Source of the DNA: an uncultured bacterium
Lineage (GTDB): Bacteria > Auribacterota > Erginobacteria > Erginobacterales > Erginobacteraceae
Assembly: GCA_963822585.1 (NCBI GenBank)
Contig: CAWGIE010000023.1
Location: forward strand, 73,104 to 137,103
DNA length: 64,000 nucleotides
Direction: 5' to 3'
The notes below the pieces were generated by a model, which made no database searches, had not been told where the DNA came from, and saw only the letters and a program-made list of their open reading frames with translations. A program made the position numbers and the translations under genes. The stretch's first letter is position 1; the number at the start of each line of letters is the position of its first letter. This document shows, piece by piece, positions 38,150-49,030 of this stretch.

Positions 38150-39565
38150 TTGAGGATGAGGAAAAAATACAAGCGGATTATCATCCTTTTGGTGGTGGTG
38201 GCGGGAGCCGGGCTGGGTGTTTATCTCTTCTTTACGGCTCGCCAACCCGCTCCTAACGTACTTTTGATTTCCATCGACAGTCTCAGAGCTGACCATGTGG
38301 GCTGTTATGGTTACAAGAGAGATACCACTCCTACCATCGATGCCCTAGCCCGTCAGGGAATCGTCTTCCGGAACACCGTCAGCACGACGTCCTGGACTTT
38401 GCCGGCTCATATGTCCCTTTTCACTTCCATGGACATCACGGTCCACGGAGTCGGGATGGAGGGGATGAGCCTGCACCGGGATATCGGGACGCTGGCCGGG
38501 GTATTTAAAAGTAACGGTTACCGGACCGCGGCCTTTTGCTCATCTCCCTTTATGAACCCGGCGTTCGGCTTCGATCGGGGGTTCGATCTGTATCGCAACA
38601 TCGATCTGGATGATCACCGGTTTGAAAATACCACGTTACCCCCGGAGCATCAGAGGGACGCGGTCCATGCCGATATTACCAGTCCCCGGATCACCGAGCT
38701 GGCTGATGACTGGCTGGAGAAAAACAGCGGGCACCCCTTTTTCCTCTTTCTTCACATGTGGGACGTTCATTACGACTACATACCCCCGGCGCCCTACGAC
38801 CGGAAATTCGATCCCGACTACACCGGAAATATCACCGGGCGTAATTATATCCATAATCCGGAGATCAACCCTAAAATGGATCCCCGTGACCTCGATCATA
38901 TCATCGCCCTATATGATGGAGAGATCGCCTGGGTGGATCACCACCTGGGATTGATCGTCGAAAAGCTCAAGGAGTTGGGGATATTCGAGCGGACGTTGAT
39001 CGTTATCACCGCCGATCATGGAGATGAGTTCTTCGAACACGGCGGCAAGGGTCATCGCAGTACCCTCTATGATGAAGTGGTTATGATCCCGCTCGTTATT
39101 CACGGACCGGGGGTGGAAAGGCAGGGGGGCGAGGTCTCGGATCAGGCAAGTATCATCGACATAGCTCCTACCATTCTCAATCTCTGCGGGATAAAAATCC
39201 CTCAATGGATGCAGGGGCGTTCACTTTTTCACGATCAGAAAAATGAAACCAATCCATCCGGCGACGGGGCCCTTTTGGAACTCAGTTTAGAACTGAAGGC
39301 CTTCCGTACCAATCACTATAAACTGATCTTCAACATCCCCCACCTCCAGACAATTATCTACGACCTGAACAACGGTCCGAAAGAAACCTATCAGCACCTC
39401 GTTACGTCTCCCGATAAGTGGAACGAAGCCAATCTGAAGTTTTATTCCCGTCTGGCCGACGATCGAATCCTATTGAAAAAATACCGGGGGGGAGCGACGG
39501 GTGGCCCAGTCAAGCTGAGTCCGGAGGAGACCGAGCGGCTCAAGGCGCTGGGGTATCTTAATTAG
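38150..39565 (+). CDS. Membrane-anchored sulfatase-like protein (alkaline phosphatase superfamily)
   Basis: PNVLLISIDSLRADH, SWTLPAHMSLFT, YDGEI, TADHGDEF.EHG..GH, IDIAPTIL, C-terminal LKALGYLN. Confidence 0.88.
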   Translation: MRMRKKYKRIIILLVVVAGAGLGVYLFFTARQPAPNVLLISIDSLRADHVGCYGYKRDTTPTIDALARQGIVFRNTVSTTSWTLPAHMSLFTSMDITVHGVGMEGMSLHRDIGTLAGVFKSNGYRTAAFCSSPFMNPAFGFDRGFDLYRNIDLDDHRFENTTLPPEHQRDAVHADITSPRITELADDWLEKNSGHPFFLFLHMWDVHYDYIPPAPYDRKFDPDYTGNITGRNYIHNPEINPKMDPRDLDHIIALYDGEIAWVDHHLGLIVEKLKELGIFERTLIVITADHGDEFFEHGGKGHRSTLYDEVVMIPLVIHGPGVERQGGEVSDQASIIDIAPTILNLCGIKIPQWMQGRSLFHDQKNETNPSGDGALLELSLELKAFRTNHYKLIFNIPHLQTIIYDLNNGPKETYQHLVTSPDKWNEANLKFYSRLADDRILLKKYRGGATGGPVKLSPEETERLKALGYLN

Positions 39566-40334
39566 ACGAACGCTGGAGAATACTCTTTCTGATGTGAGGC
39601 CAGCAAAAGCCCGTCCCGGTTCGGAATGATCTTGATTATTCCCGGGATCAGACGAACTACCACGCCGTCGTCCGGCAGGGTCAGATTTTAAACATTATCC
39701 CGATTTAGGGAGAGCCGGCTGCCCCTTATTTGATCCGCTCCGGAACGCCGAATCAGTCCGGTCCAACCCTCGATTGTACTACCTGGTCCATCCCGGGTAT
39801 CATCCCAGACAGTCGAAAAGATTTTCGAGAAGGCTCCAACCGGGGCGATCGAGATAGGCTTTGGAAGTTTCCGCCAGATGAAAAATGGGGGAGGTCAACA
39901 GAACATCGGTGGCCAGCCGGAAGGTAGTCATCGTTTCGCCTCGGAATTCGACCCAAAAAGTAACCGGGATCAGGCAGCGGGTCGGGCCAGGTAACGGGTG
40001 AAGACGGCCTGGGAGTAATGGCTGGGCGAGAGAGTCTGGCCCCTTCGGTTATACTCTAGTCCCACACCCCTTCCCAGGTCATCTCGTTGGGCCAGCTCCG
40101 GGACTCCCTGGCAGGATTCGGAGAGCCGTGAAAACTGATCATCAGCCGGTAACGTGAGGCCACGAACAGAAATGCCCGCAGCCGGGACGGAGGTTCCCAT
40201 CGTCATCAAAGGAAATGAATACTTCCCCATTTGGACCAACTTGATTAATCGCACAGGATGAGTTACAGTAATTCGGCTCGATTAAATCAAAGCCCGGGAT
40301 TCGGGAGCGAGGGCAATTGAGGATTGGGGCACAC

Positions 40335-40757
40335 ATGCTAAAAAGACTAGTAGCGGCCCGGGTTAGCCTGGTCGTGGGAGGCGCTTGTGGAAAAGAGGCG
40401 CCGACAGCGGAACCGGTCAACATCCTCTTGCTCTTGATTGAATTTCTCCGGACCGACCGCGCCGGGTGTTACGGCTGCGGGCGGGATACCTCCCCAAAAA
40501 TCGGGCGGCGGACTCGGGAAGGAACGATCTTTGAAAACCACATCAGCACCACCTCCTGGACTCTATCCGCCCACAACTCCCTTTTCACCGGCCAGGAGAG
40601 CTCGGGAGAGTACAACTGCCTCTTGGCCGAACTCGCCCCCGCCTTCTATGCTGTCCGGGGGTCCGGCGTCAAACTTCAGCACAACGCCCCTGCTGGAGCG
40701 ACGGTGCTCCTCAATCTCAATGCCGAACTGGCCGAGACCCACTCCCGACGCGCATGA
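40335..40757 (+). pseudogene. Internally deleted sulfatase-like gene remnant
   Basis: NILLLLIEFLRTDRAGCYG.RDTSP.I..EG.IFEN..STTSWTLSAH.SLFTG matches the N-terminus of 38150, then jumps to a C-terminal-like LLAEL..AVRG..KL segment. Confidence 0.75.
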
Positions 40758-42412
40758 AGCCTCGAAGGAAATCGATATTCATAATCATTTCTATTCTTAT
40801 CGGTGGAATTCTTATCATCACTTATCTCCTCTATTCCCCGGATATCCCTCCCGGGGAAAAATTCAGTCTGCCGGAATGGATCCATAATTCTTTTGCTTAT
40901 GTCTATCATTTTACTAAGTTCCAGTGGATTGCCAATAGGGGTCAAGATCAATCAGGACGCCGCGAGGCCGCACTGGCGGCCTGGTATCGCCCCTCACGCA
41001 TGAAGCAGCTTTTGAAGATAGATCAAGGGAATTATTTTGAACTGGGTCGGGAATATGCTTCTCTGGGCTTGGGGGAAAAAGCCGGATATTTCTTCAAACT
41101 TGCTTTCCAGGATATACACTGCGATGAGGATAGGGCGCTGGATATAATTTCCTATTTGGGGATGCTTAGTGATTGGCATACTGTACGATCTTTTTCCGAG
41201 CGGCTACGGGAAGAAAACCCGTTGTCATCCGAAGCGACTTACTGGCTGGGTAGATCTCTCGTGGAAATAGGTCAATCGTCTGAGGCAATTCCATTACTAG
41301 ATAAAGCCTATGAGTTAAATCAATCATCAGTTGATTCCCTTTATCAAAAAGCTCGAGCTTTCGAGCAATTGCGGGAAATACAAAAGGCCGTAAATCAATG
41401 TGAAGAGGTCACCGCTTTAGCACCGAATCATAGGGCGGCTTGGCAAGCGCTGGACCGGTTTAATTCATATGAAGGGATCAGGCAGGGCTCAAAGAAAAAC
41501 AAATTCATGTTAAGTAAATTAACTCCTCAAATTCACAAGAACCTAAGTTTTGAAAATATCTTTGTTTTAATAGGATATTCCATCGATAAAAAAATAATAT
41601 TTACAAAAGATACTATAAAATTAGATATCTACTTTCAGGGATGGAGGGATCAACCTATATACGTTCGTCCTGAAATCGTTTTTATCGACGAGACAAACCG
41701 GAAAGTACTAAGGAAATTGGAAACGGTAGAAATAATGTGTCAGGGCACCGTGACTAAGAAAACCTTCAACTGTGAAATACCTGATTATCTGGCCCCTGGT
41801 CCCATCAAGATGATGCTCTCTTTCTGGAATCCTCAAAATAATCTTCAAGTGCGAATAAATAATACCGCGAGACAAGATTTCATTCTCACTTCTTTAGATC
41901 TTAATCCCAGGTGGATTAGACCTAACATTAAAGATAGCCTGGTCCGGCAATATTTCGGAAAGAACGCACGATCGCTACATAAAAGAACGTATTTGGCTAA
42001 AGGCTCAAGTTTGTATTTAGATCTTAATGAAAAAGACGAAATATCGGCTCTGGGGGTTATTTCAGGTATTATTTGCCCTTCTAATAAACGGAACCATCTG
42101 TTACAGGGCCAGATAATCGGCAATATCCTGATTGAAGCAGTAAATGGAGGGTCAATAAGTTTTCCCATTAAGCTTGGGGAACATACATCGGATATTTATT
42201 GGGATTTGCCGAATTCTCCAGCCCCTCTTCATAAAAAAGCCCCAATTTTCAGGAGCGGAATAGCGAAGTGGCGTGAACCCCATTTTATGGCTCATCTGTA
42301 TTATGCCATATATCGGTTCTCCAGCCCATTGAAATTAAAATCCCTTAAGATCGAATGTACTGGTTCTGATTTAGTGCTCCATATTTTCGATCTGATTCTG
42401 ATCCCTGACTAG
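40754..42412 (+). CDS. Membrane-anchored TPR-repeat protein
   Basis: N-terminal TM; TPR-like helices (ATYWLGRSLVEIG..EAI..L.KA.EL, AP.HR.AW..L); low GC. Confidence 0.65.
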   Translation: MKPRRKSIFIIISILIGGILIITYLLYSPDIPPGEKFSLPEWIHNSFAYVYHFTKFQWIANRGQDQSGRREAALAAWYRPSRMKQLLKIDQGNYFELGREYASLGLGEKAGYFFKLAFQDIHCDEDRALDIISYLGMLSDWHTVRSFSERLREENPLSSEATYWLGRSLVEIGQSSEAIPLLDKAYELNQSSVDSLYQKARAFEQLREIQKAVNQCEEVTALAPNHRAAWQALDRFNSYEGIRQGSKKNKFMLSKLTPQIHKNLSFENIFVLIGYSIDKKIIFTKDTIKLDIYFQGWRDQPIYVRPEIVFIDETNRKVLRKLETVEIMCQGTVTKKTFNCEIPDYLAPGPIKMMLSFWNPQNNLQVRINNTARQDFILTSLDLNPRWIRPNIKDSLVRQYFGKNARSLHKRTYLAKGSSLYLDLNEKDEISALGVISGIICPSNKRNHLLQGQIIGNILIEAVNGGSISFPIKLGEHTSDIYWDLPNSPAPLHKKAPIFRSGIAKWREPHFMAHLYYAIYRFSSPLKLKSLKIECTGSDLVLHIFDLILIPD

Positions 42413-42697
42413 AATAATATTTCGCGTCTCTTGCGAATAAAGGAAATATTCCGCACTCAGTATTTCAGCCGATAAGAATAATCAATAATTGCACAAAGCC
42501 GTGATTCCTCCTATTGTGCTGGTATTTGCCCTGCGGTTTCTCTGGAGCAAATTACGTCTCGCCAGAAGGCCGGCAACGGCGGGATTCGCGGTGGAACTTG
42601 AAGGTTGCGTTCCCTGCCATTTTTTCCAACAAAGGCATGGATAACGAAAAAGATCTTATTCATGACATACAAATAATGGCGCAAGTCATAACAGCAA

Positions 42698-44209
42698 ATG
42701 CAGAAAAAACAAGTCTTGAAAAATAGTGTGATGACCGTAGTGCAAATTGTTGTTATTGCCGCGGTCCTGTTTATCCTATATAAATTTTTATTGAATACTA
42801 TAGGGGTTAAACAATTTGGCATTTGGTCTCTTGTTCTCGCCACCACCTCCATTACCAGTATTGCACAATTCGGACTCTCCGGCAGCGTAGTAATATTCGT
42901 ATCAAAATACAAAGCAAGAAACGAAAAAGAAAATATTGCCGATGTTATCCAAACCGCCTTAATCTCAGTGGCGATATTCATAGGAATTATCCTGCTCATC
43001 GGCTACCCGATTATTAAATGGATTCTGGGCCTGGTCATCGCCGAGGAATCTATTCACCTCGCGATATTGATCTTGCCTTACGCCCTTTTCGCCTTCTGGA
43101 TAACAGCCATAACCTCTATCCTGCAATCCGGGCTTGATGGATTGCAGAGAATAGACTTAAGCAGCATTTTGCTGATGGGGGGCGCGATTTTTCACCTGGC
43201 AATATGCTTTTTAATTGTTCCAAAATACGGATTGCTCGGATTGGCCTATGCAAGCATCGCCAGGAACCTTTTTGTTTTCCTCTCCAGCTGGTTTTTTCTG
43301 CAAAAGCGGCTGGCCCTTCCTGTCTTTCCCTGCAAATGGAATAAAAACATTTTCCAGGAAATCATTCATTATGGGCTCCGTTTCCAGGTTATCTCCATAG
43401 CGCAGATGCTCTACGACCCGGTGACCAAGATGCTGATGAGCAAATTCGGAGGCTTGGCCGCCGTCGGTTTCTACGAAATGGTGAGCAAGTTGATCTTGCA
43501 AGTCCGGAGCCTCATAGTCTCGGCCAACAGAGTCCTTGTGCCAACTTACGCTGAATACAAAGAAAAACTACCACTAAAGATAAATAGCATTTATTTAACT
43601 TCCTATCGTCTTCTTTTTTACCTTGCAGTACCTCTTTTTACATTGCTCATCATTTCAATGCCTGCCATTTCAGAGGTCTGGATAGGGCATTATGAAATAG
43701 ATTTCGTATCATTCGGCATATTGTTGACAATCGGCTGGTTATTAAATCTTTTGAATGCACCATCTTATTATGCCTATTGCGGGATTGGGGACCTTAAATG
43801 GAATGTCATTGGAAACATTGTCATAGCGGTATTAAATGCCGGACTGGGAATTATTCTGGGCTATCTATACGGGGGCATCGGTGTCGTGGTTGCCTTCATA
43901 ATTGCATTAACTTTTGGCAGCAGCATATTTTATATATCTTATCATATTAAGTATAAAGTCTCTTTCCGGGAAGTGATTCCGGCCGCCAGTAAGATATTGT
44001 TGCTTGTCTGTTTTTTGTTTATCAGTATATTTTTCCTGATCCCTCCGGGGATTACCCGCGCCGCGTTCCCGCTGAGAATCGGAATTATTGTTTTGACCGG
44101 ATCGGCAATCCTTATTACTATGTGGCTGCATCCGATGCGGAAACAGCTATCCGACTGGATCAGGCATGATTTATTCCTTACCCGTAACGTCCCGGATCAA
44201 GGTGCCTGA
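42698..44209 (+). CDS. wzx: Polysaccharide flippase (Wzx/RfbX, MOP family)
   Basis: VLKNS, IG..QFGIWSL, FGL, VGFY motifs; roughly 12-14 TM segments. Confidence 0.85.
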   Translation: MQKKQVLKNSVMTVVQIVVIAAVLFILYKFLLNTIGVKQFGIWSLVLATTSITSIAQFGLSGSVVIFVSKYKARNEKENIADVIQTALISVAIFIGIILLIGYPIIKWILGLVIAEESIHLAILILPYALFAFWITAITSILQSGLDGLQRIDLSSILLMGGAIFHLAICFLIVPKYGLLGLAYASIARNLFVFLSSWFFLQKRLALPVFPCKWNKNIFQEIIHYGLRFQVISIAQMLYDPVTKMLMSKFGGLAAVGFYEMVSKLILQVRSLIVSANRVLVPTYAEYKEKLPLKINSIYLTSYRLLFYLAVPLFTLLIISMPAISEVWIGHYEIDFVSFGILLTIGWLLNLLNAPSYYAYCGIGDLKWNVIGNIVIAVLNAGLGIILGYLYGGIGVVVAFIIALTFGSSIFYISYHIKYKVSFREVIPAASKILLLVCFLFISIFFLIPPGITRAAFPLRIGIIVLTGSAILITMWLHPMRKQLSDWIRHDLFLTRNVPDQGA

Positions 44210-45100
44210 ATGATATCTGATGATATGAAATCGCTGTCTCGTAAATACCCGGTAATCAATGCGGTTTTATATCCGGCGGTACTTGTCAGAAGACGGTTGC
44301 GCAGGAAAAAATATTTAACGGCGGAAAAAATGCTCGGCGAGCTCGGTGAATTTTTGGTCGGCGACCCGGTAATCAGGGTCGCCGAGTTCCAGGGCATTTT
44401 CGCTGTAGGAGTCCAAAGCCACTTATTGTCCCGCTTGATTGTGGAAAAGGAGTATGAAGCCCGGGAAGCCGGATTATGTCTCAAGTATCTCAACCCGGAC
44501 AGGGATGTAATTGACATCGGGGCAAACGTGGGATTTTATTCAGTTTTGTGCGCGAAGAATATCTCGCAGAAAAGAGTTTTTGCCGTGGAACCCGCCAAAA
44601 ATGCCATTCAACGGTTGCGCCGCAATATTCAGTTAAACATTGTTGCCGATGTAGTGCACATTTTTGAAGGAGTAATTTCGGATAGGAATGGAATGGCCGA
44701 AATCAAGGTATTAAAAGGCAAGGAAGAATACTCGAGTATCGGCGCGATGGCGCACCCGAGTATTGGTAACGACAGCTGGGTGACCGAGAAAGTCGCAACT
44801 ATAACCCTGGACACCCTGGTCGATCAAGAGTCCCTCGACCCGGGCTTCATAAAACTGGATGTCGAAGGTGTCGAGCATCTTGTTTTATCCGGGGCGGAAA
44901 GGGTCTTAAGCGTTAACAGACCGATCATTCTTTCCGAGATAGATGACTTTCTGTTGCGCAAGAACGGCTCATCCGCCGCAGAACTCATAAGGTTGATTGC
45001 CGGTTATGAATATGACGTAGTTGATACCACCAATCTTTCAATTGTCAGCGGAATGAATAAAATGGGGAATATTTTATGTTTCCCGAAGGAACTGTCATGA
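44210..45100 (+). CDS. FkbM-family methyltransferase
   Basis: VIDIGANVGFYS, AVEP, IKLDVEG.E..VL.GA. Confidence 0.9.
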   Translation: MISDDMKSLSRKYPVINAVLYPAVLVRRRLRRKKYLTAEKMLGELGEFLVGDPVIRVAEFQGIFAVGVQSHLLSRLIVEKEYEAREAGLCLKYLNPDRDVIDIGANVGFYSVLCAKNISQKRVFAVEPAKNAIQRLRRNIQLNIVADVVHIFEGVISDRNGMAEIKVLKGKEEYSSIGAMAHPSIGNDSWVTEKVATITLDTLVDQESLDPGFIKLDVEGVEHLVLSGAERVLSVNRPIILSEIDDFLLRKNGSSAAELIRLIAGYEYDVVDTTNLSIVSGMNKMGNILCFPKELS

Positions 45101-45261
45101 GCGGTTAACTGAAAATTTGCTGAAGCATACTACGCGTATCAAGCGCTGGAGGCGTAGATTTGCGAGTTCCTTCCTCCCCGTCGGGTTCAGCGTGATCGGG
45201 CTTATACAGCCCCCGAGGCTTTGCACCGATTTATTATCAACCAGTTGTTTATGTATTCGCC

Positions 45262-46584
45262 GTGAAAATTACAGATTCAATCCGGACCATCTGCCTGGTA
45301 ATCCAGTTGCTATCTCCTTTTCTCGCCGTCAGCGGTTCGTTATCGGGGGATCTCTCCTCCCCGGAAAAAGGATCCCTCTCTCCTGCGCTGAAAAGCTTAC
45401 CTTATCTGACCTGGGTTTCTTCCGATGGGACAATCGAGAAGAAAGGCGTCACCATCCACGATCTGGACAAGGCCTTTCCAGGACTCAATCTCTATACTCC
45501 CAGGAATTTATCCACCGCCTATCTCATCGACAACGAAGGGAACATACTTCATACCTGGTCGGCCGGGCCGAACACGATGGACTCCTGGCAGCATATCAAG
45601 CTTTGCGAAAACGGCGACCTGTTGGCAATCGTAAAGGACAAAATGCTTCTGCGGCTGGATTGGAATTCGAACCTCCTCTGGACGAACAAACTGCGTTTCC
45701 ACCACGATGTAACTCTCGGCCCTGATAATGATATCTACAGTATTATCAGAAAAGACATTTCAGTATCGTTCAACGGTCAATCGATCCCCGTTCTGGCTGA
45801 TTATCTTGTCCGTTTATCTCCTGACGGAAAGATCAAAAAGCAGATTTCCGTCTTCGACCTGCTCGGAGATCGGATCGCTCCCGAGAAATATGAATCGATT
45901 GCGCGCTGGCTGAAAGAAGCGAAGAAGGAAACCAACGGAAGCGAAGAGACAGCAGCGGCCGGAGAGAGGCTGCAACACGACACCCCTCCCGACCTGTTCC
46001 ATACCAACTCGATCGAGCCTCTGCCCCGGAAGATCGCCGGGATCGGCGAAAGAGGAGATTTACTGATATCCGTCCGGGAAATGAATCTTATCGCCGTTAT
46101 CGATCCCGAAAAGGAAAAGGTGGTCTGGAGTTGGGGGCCGGGCGTTCTTGACAAACAACACCATCCGACCGTTCTGGACAATGACAATATCCTAATCTTT
46201 GATAACGGTCCTTCCCGGTATTTCTCCCGGATTTTAGAGATTGATCCGAAGACCGGTGAGATCAAATGGGAATATAAAGGCCATCCTCCCCAGGATTTCT
46301 ATTCCTTCTCACGGGGAAGTTGCCGGCGGTTGCCGAATGGGAATACTCTTATCACTGAGAGCGATAAGGGACGAGTTTTCGAAATAACTTCAACCGGGGA
46401 GACGGTCTGGGAATTTTATAGCCCCGAGATAAATACTCATACACGGAAACGGGCGGCAATATACCGCATGGATCGGGTTACCGGTCCGATCGGACATCTC
46501 CGGCCGAAAAACCTGAAGCGGGAAAACTCCCGAAGTGCAATGACCACGGCACCGGACAGCGGTATGGATGCGTCACCTGAATGA
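45262..46584 (+). CDS. Arylsulfotransferase (ASST) family beta-propeller protein
   Basis: AFPGLNLY, FHHD, DLFHTNSI, WSWG..QHHP, IFDNG, LPNGNTLITE..GRVFE. Confidence 0.8.
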   Translation: MKITDSIRTICLVIQLLSPFLAVSGSLSGDLSSPEKGSLSPALKSLPYLTWVSSDGTIEKKGVTIHDLDKAFPGLNLYTPRNLSTAYLIDNEGNILHTWSAGPNTMDSWQHIKLCENGDLLAIVKDKMLLRLDWNSNLLWTNKLRFHHDVTLGPDNDIYSIIRKDISVSFNGQSIPVLADYLVRLSPDGKIKKQISVFDLLGDRIAPEKYESIARWLKEAKKETNGSEETAAAGERLQHDTPPDLFHTNSIEPLPRKIAGIGERGDLLISVREMNLIAVIDPEKEKVVWSWGPGVLDKQHHPTVLDNDNILIFDNGPSRYFSRILEIDPKTGEIKWEYKGHPPQDFYSFSRGSCRRLPNGNTLITESDKGRVFEITSTGETVWEFYSPEINTHTRKRAAIYRMDRVTGPIGHLRPKNLKRENSRSAMTTAPDSGMDASPE

Positions 46585-46643
46585 ACTTCCGGAATCACCC
46601 TTGATAAGGAGAGCGCGAGCCCAAGGTCGAGCCTGTCGAAGAA

Positions 46644-46790
46644 CTCACGGAGTTCTGCCAGAACGTCGCAGCCGACATAGGCCTTTGTGGCGTTGCAGTC
46701 GGTGGCTTCCGTGACCCAAAGGCAGAGGCCGTCTTGGCGCTTTGCCAGGAACAGGATATAGCCCATCCCTGTTTCTTTGGTGGCGCGCAC
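46644..46790 (-). pseudogene. Fragment of a second GH29 alpha-L-fucosidase
   Basis: ATKETGMGYILFLAKRQDGLCLWVTEATD..AT....GCDVLAELRE aligns without gaps to [29 protein letters not shown]..VT....GIDVLAKLRE of 49031..50092. Confidence 0.8.
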
Positions 46791-47153
46791 CTACTGGTTG
46801 TTGTCACCATAGAGCAAAATATCCGAAAACGCTTTAAAAGGGTCTTCCTGAGACCAGGTCTTGCTGAGTAATAAAAAAGGCATAGTGAAAATTACGAACA
46901 AAAAGCTCGGGGGTGCGCACATTAAAACATATTTTCCAGCAAGAAATGAAAGCAGCACCGGGATAGTCACGCAAAATAACACTGATATTGCGGCGAAATC
47001 CAAGAAAACTATAATTAAATTAGTTAAAACAAGTTCTTCCTGGTTCGAAATAATATACCGCATAATGGGCGCTATAGGTATTAAGGCAATAATAAAATCA
47101 TTTGCCTGAAGTTTTTCAAATTTTTGTAATTAAAAATAAAACTTTTCATTCAA
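46791..47153 (-). pseudogene. AT-rich truncated membrane-protein fragment
   Basis: RBS and TTG start near 47153 followed by an early TAA, then an open hydrophobic frame to 46791; no family recognised. Confidence 0.35.
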
Positions 47154-47317
47154 CTGCTTCCTCCTTAAATGATCCTTTTCTTTCCTCAGGGGTAATTCTC
47201 GCAGGTATGCGCTAAAACGATTGTTGTTCTGTATATGTTTTCTGTCATCTCTGCTGGCTCCCTCGTATATGTCTGCTCCCAGGAAGGGGCAGTGTAAACT
47301 ACAAGTTCAAGAAATAC

Positions 47318-48898
47318 TTAAGGATCCAACTCATAAATACTGACAATGCTCCCCGGGGCATTAAGCTTTGAAGGTGAAAATTCGACAAGTAAATTTCCTT
47401 CATCGAACAATTGACGATAAAAAAATATCTGTTGTGAATATCGTTCCGGCTCAGCGAAATATCTGCTGTAATCCATACTGCTTGTGAGAAAATATCGCAC
47501 GCCGACTGATCTGTACCATTCTAGAGATTTATAAGACAAGCGATATTCAAATACCTCTTTGCACGGGATACCCTGCAAATGGGGCGTGTACGCTTCACGC
47601 GCAATAATCGCGCCTTCGGGGAGGCTCTCTTCCAACCATTTCCGGGCCAGGATTCGTGTACTAGGACGCGCCTGGCGAATACTATTGTGGGCAATTTCCA
47701 TTGCCGGCGTGTAGGACACCGCGAAAATCGACGCTGCCAAGAATACGCCGTTAAGCAGTTTCCCAGATGAGATTTTATCCGTTATCCAATCTACGCCATC
47801 TACTATTACTCGGGCAGCCAGCAAGCTGATGATGGGAAAAATGGGGATAAGCCATCGAGACCAGTGCAAGCTTGAGTAACTGATCCCAGCGATAAATACA
47901 ACTGGGTAGGCCAGTATCAAGAGTCGAGCATGGTTGCGTTCGACAAGAATGTAGCCGGCGGAGGCGGCAGCGAGCAACGAACGGGGCCAGCCTATCTTAT
48001 CCGGTATTGCCGTTCCCAGATACCAGAATAAATTGCCGAGCGGAGATAACCCATCTGCGCCCAAATGAAATGAACGCATCTCATTTTGTATATTGGCGAG
48101 TGCGGTCTTTAACTCGATCCCAAAAAAAGGCGTAGCCAAGTTGAAAGCCAGTACAGCAACCACCAAGCCAATGATGATCCCCCCAGCAAGTTGAGTCTTG
48201 CTACGTTTTCCCTCCAAGAGCAGAAAAAGGTTAGCCAATACCCATACTCCCACCAAGGATATCATGGAATACTTGGTTGCGATCGCCAAACCTATGGAGA
48301 CTCCAGCCATCACGAGTGATCTCCATCCCGATCGTTGATAAAATCTCAGACACAAATAGAGTGCCACCAAGCCAAAAAAGGTGATGGCGCCGTCAGTGCG
48401 CACCAATTGGGCCTGGCATACCGACAACCAGCATATTGAGGACAACCAGGCTCCGAGGAGCCCTACTTTCCAGCCAAACGCCCTATCTCCCACCAGGTAA
48501 ACAAACAATATGGCCACTACCGCATAAAAAATGGATAGCCCTCTTCCCAAGAGATAAAAACTGGAACTGTCTAATTCAAAGGCGAGAGCAATTCCTGGCA
48601 TTCGTCCAAAAATAGGACCGTGATAAAACATAAAGTGGCGCAAGCGGAAGATCGCCATCAATGGATATATGACCGTGGACCCCGGGTGTTGAAACGATTT
48701 CGGATTCAGGCTGGCCTCGGCCGCCATTTTAACGGCCGGCTCAACAAATGCGGGCTCGTCGATATTCGGGTAATACGGAAGTTCCTTTTTGATCCCCCAG
48801 CCGACATGAAGAAATGTGGCGGTCAAAAGAATGATAAGGAGTAGGATCAGGTGAATCCAGCCTCGAAGGAATCCTGCCAGGAAGCTTAGTATTCTCAT
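47318..48898 (-). CDS. GT-C fold glycosyltransferase (ArnT/family 39-like)
   Basis: PNIDEP, NP..F.HP, LGR.LS, RTD, GLAIATKY, RW..P..P; many TM segments. Confidence 0.8.
   Translation of the reverse strand: MRILSFLAGFLRGWIHLILLLIILLTATFLHVGWGIKKELPYYPNIDEPAFVEPAVKMAAEASLNPKSFQHPGSTVIYPLMAIFRLRHFMFYHGPIFGRMPGIALAFELDSSSFYLLGRGLSIFYAVVAILFVYLVGDRAFGWKVGLLGAWLSSICWLSVCQAQLVRTDGAITFFGLVALYLCLRFYQRSGWRSLVMAGVSIGLAIATKYSMISLVGVWVLANLFLLLEGKRSKTQLAGGIIIGLVVAVLAFNLATPFFGIELKTALANIQNEMRSFHLGADGLSPLGNLFWYLGTAIPDKIGWPRSLLAAASAGYILVERNHARLLILAYPVVFIAGISYSSLHWSRWLIPIFPIISLLAARVIVDGVDWITDKISSGKLLNGVFLAASIFAVSYTPAMEIAHNSIRQARPSTRILARKWLEESLPEGAIIAREAYTPHLQGIPCKEVFEYRLSYKSLEWYRSVGVRYFLTSSMDYSRYFAEPERYSQQIFFYRQLFDEGNLLVEFSPSKLNAPGSIVSIYELDP
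48540..48834. repeat. 295-bp direct repeat, copy A (copy B at 50093-50386)
   Basis: Near-identical by eye: 4 transitions and a 1-bp deletion in copy B. Confidence 0.92.
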
Positions 48899-49030
48899 TG
48901 CAAGTTAACCGCTTGCTTATTTAATCGTTGGTCTTTTCCCCAGCTCTAATCAGAGGTGGCGGTATCAGGGGATTTTCTGGGATAGATTTGTTATCGGGTT
49001 CCGTGTTCGGGGACTTCGGTGGCGTGGTTT

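Noticed and set aside
39566..40316. Short ORFs in the gap between the sulfatase-like genes
   Set aside because: No recognisable motifs in any frame; possibly decayed DNA, but I cannot support a call.
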